DNA of 303 nucleotides from Escherichia coli (GTDB lineage Bacteria; Pseudomonadota; Gammaproteobacteria; Enterobacterales; Enterobacteriaceae): NCBI RefSeq assembly GCF_003334385.1, contig NZ_QOWN01000210.1; one strand, 5' to 3'. Shown piece by piece: positions 1 to 303 of this stretch (position 1 is its first letter; each line of letters starts with the position of its first letter). The notes under the pieces were generated by a model. It saw only the letters and a program-made list of their open reading frames with translations, ran no database searches and was not told where the DNA came from. The position numbers and the translations under genes were made by a program.

Positions 1-26
1 AAATTATTTTCAGCAATCCCTCAGCC

Positions 27-43
27 TACGAAAATTCTGTATT
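27..43. repeat. Direct repeat copy 1 (TACGAAAATTCTGTATT), 17/17 identical to copy at 203-219
   Basis: Position-by-position alignment with offset 176 gives 17 consecutive matches, with mismatches on both flanks (25-26 vs 201-202; 44-45 vs 220-221). A chance 17-mer recurrence in 303 bp is roughly 1e-6 to 1e-5. The core contains TAC-N9-GTA internal dyad symmetry. Function unknown. Confidence 0.85.
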
Positions 44-92
44 TGATGATTGTTTTATTTGCTCTCTTTTTATGCAGTCATTCTGTTGCTTA

Positions 93-121
93 TAAAAAAG
101 CACCACTATCTCATGTATAAT
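93..121 (+). promoter_or_regulatory. Candidate sigma70-type promoter: perfect -10 hexamer TATAAT (116-121) with an A-rich tract upstream and a weak or absent -35
   Basis: TATAAT at 116-121 with TG at 114-115, one position off the canonical TGnTATAAT extended -10 register. At a 17-bp spacer the -35 position (93-98, TAAAAA) matches TTGACA at only 3/6. TTGCTT at 86-91 is closer to consensus but gives a 24-bp spacer, too long. The A-tract at 94-99 could act as an UP-like element. The predicted start would be near 127-129. In AT-rich DNA a TATAAT can occur by chance. Confidence 0.3.
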
Positions 122-160
122 TTCTGGGTCTGTCGTCTCCCCGTTTTTCACTTACAGATG

Positions 161-182
161 CCGGGCAACATTCAGTTGCCGG
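161..182 (+). other. Imperfect inverted repeat / stem-loop CCGGGCAAC-ATTCA-GTTGCCGG (8-bp stem, one bulged G, 5-nt loop)
   Basis: Pairs 161-182, 162-181, 163-180, 164-179, (G165 bulged), 166-178, 167-177, 168-176, 169-175; loop 170-174. It is GC-rich relative to its surroundings. No U-tract follows on either strand, so it is not a canonical intrinsic terminator. It lies immediately after the ATG at 158-160. Confidence 0.3.
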
Positions 183-196
183 AATCAGCAGTTACC

Positions 197-223
197 ATGC
201 AATACGAAAATTCTGTATTGCAT
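197..223. promoter_or_regulatory. Perfect dyad-symmetric element ATGCAATAC-N9-GTATTGCAT; candidate operator for a dimeric DNA-binding protein, or an RNA stem-loop if transcribed
   Basis: Arm 197-205 ATGCAATAC is the exact reverse complement of arm 215-223 GTATTGCAT; the spacer is 9 bp (GAAAATTCT). The 27-bp total length and symmetry are typical of operator sites. As RNA it would give a 9-bp stem (3 GC pairs) with a 9-nt loop, with the AUG at 197-199 inside the 5' arm. Binding factor not identifiable from sequence. Confidence 0.4.
203..219. repeat. Direct repeat copy 2 (TACGAAAATTCTGTATT), embedded in the 197-223 dyad
   Basis: Identical 17-mer to 27-43. Here the flanks extend the internal symmetry into a perfect 9-bp inverted repeat. 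Confidence 0.85.
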
Positions 224-303
224 CCACGCCCTCATCTCAATATCTTTGTCGCCGGATAAAAATAACTATCAACCACAAGTATCATGCTCTCGGGGAGCAC
301 GCA

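Noticed and set aside
37-52. LexA/SOS box suggested by the CTGTAT motif in both repeat copies
   Set aside because: The LexA consensus needs CTGT-N8-ACAG. The positions 8 bp downstream of each CTGT read ATTG (49-52) and CACG (225-228), so the second half-site is absent in both copies.
46-120. 24-codon ATG-initiated ORF in another frame (MIVLFALFLCSHSVAYKKAPLSHV), resembling a small hydrophobic peptide such as a type I toxin or leader peptide
   Set aside because: There is no ribosome-binding site within 5-12 nt upstream of the ATG, its stop codon is the TAA inside the TATAAT hexamer, and it resembles no toxin family I can recall. The composition is again typical of translated AT-rich DNA.
124-148. 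Intrinsic terminator suggested by CCCCGTTTTT
   Set aside because: Only a 3-bp GGG/CCC pairing (126-128 with 140-142) precedes the T-run, with a 10-nt loop; this is too weak for a terminator stem.
27-219. The two 17-bp direct repeats as target-site duplications of a MITE or small insertion, or as att core sites
   Set aside because: There are no terminal inverted repeats just inside the direct repeats (44-60 versus the reverse complement of 185-202 do not match). 17 bp is long for a target-site duplication, and the 159-bp interior is too small for an integrative element.
27-219. CRISPR-like repeat
   Set aside because: Only two copies, 17 bp long, separated by 159 bp. This does not fit CRISPR repeat or spacer dimensions.
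50-259. 69-codon ORF from the supplied track (TTG start; MFYLLSFYAVILLLIKK...)
   Set aside because: It has a TTG start with no Shine-Dalgarno-like sequence upstream and is immediately preceded by two in-frame TGA codons. It contains the candidate -10 hexamer, the hairpin and the dyad within it. The hydrophobic N-terminus is what AT/T-rich DNA yields when translated (F, Y, L, I, K). The internal ATGs at 158 and 197 also lack ribosome-binding sites. A small membrane peptide cannot be excluded without homology or ribosome-profiling data, but the sequence gives no positive support.
129-285. Eukaryotic exon-like reading: polypyrimidine tract plus CAG before the ATG at 158, TATAAAAA at 91-98 as a TATA box, and GTATCA at 279-284 as a donor site
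   Set aside because: Each element is individually weak or common in AT/pyrimidine-rich DNA. The putative donor is CAA|GTATCA, a poor match to MAG|GTRAGT. The only frame open across 158-278 (codons TGC CGG GCA... from 159) gives a Cys-rich, non-protein-like translation. Noted only because the domain of life cannot be proven from this window.
284-303. ATG at 284-286 opening a frame that runs off the right edge (MLSGST...)
   Set aside because: Only six codons are visible and the upstream 15 nt (AACTATCAACCACAAGTATC) lack a purine-rich Shine-Dalgarno motif. Flanking sequence would be needed to evaluate it.
1-303. Sigma54 promoter (GG-N10-GC) and CRP, Fnr, Fur or IHF consensus sites
   Set aside because: Manual scanning found no match better than 3-4 of the conserved positions for any of these; TTGCA at 218-222 has no GG at the -24 position.

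Overview
This 303-bp window is AT-rich (122 G+C of 303, about 40%; the first 120 bp about 31%) and the plus strand is pyrimidine-rich and G-poor (A 81, T 100, C 74, G 48). I find no convincing protein-coding gene, rRNA, tRNA, CRISPR array or mobile-element terminus. It reads as non-coding or regulatory DNA, most plausibly a bacterial, phage or plasmid intergenic or leader region, though the domain of life cannot be fixed from 303 bp. Four things are directly visible: (1) a perfect 17-bp direct repeat TACGAAAATTCTGTATT at 27-43 and 203-219; (2) the second copy sits inside a perfect 27-bp dyad ATGCAATAC-N9-GTATTGCAT at 197-223; (3) a consensus TATAAT hexamer at 116-121 with an A-tract but no good -35 upstream; (4) an imperfect 8-bp-stem hairpin at 161-182. 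The single 69-codon ORF on the track (50..259, TTG start) is judged probably spurious. I cannot name the locus or assign any known system, and nothing here supports calling a novel system. The repeat and dyad around a candidate promoter are the only features worth follow-up, and flanking sequence is needed to interpret them.
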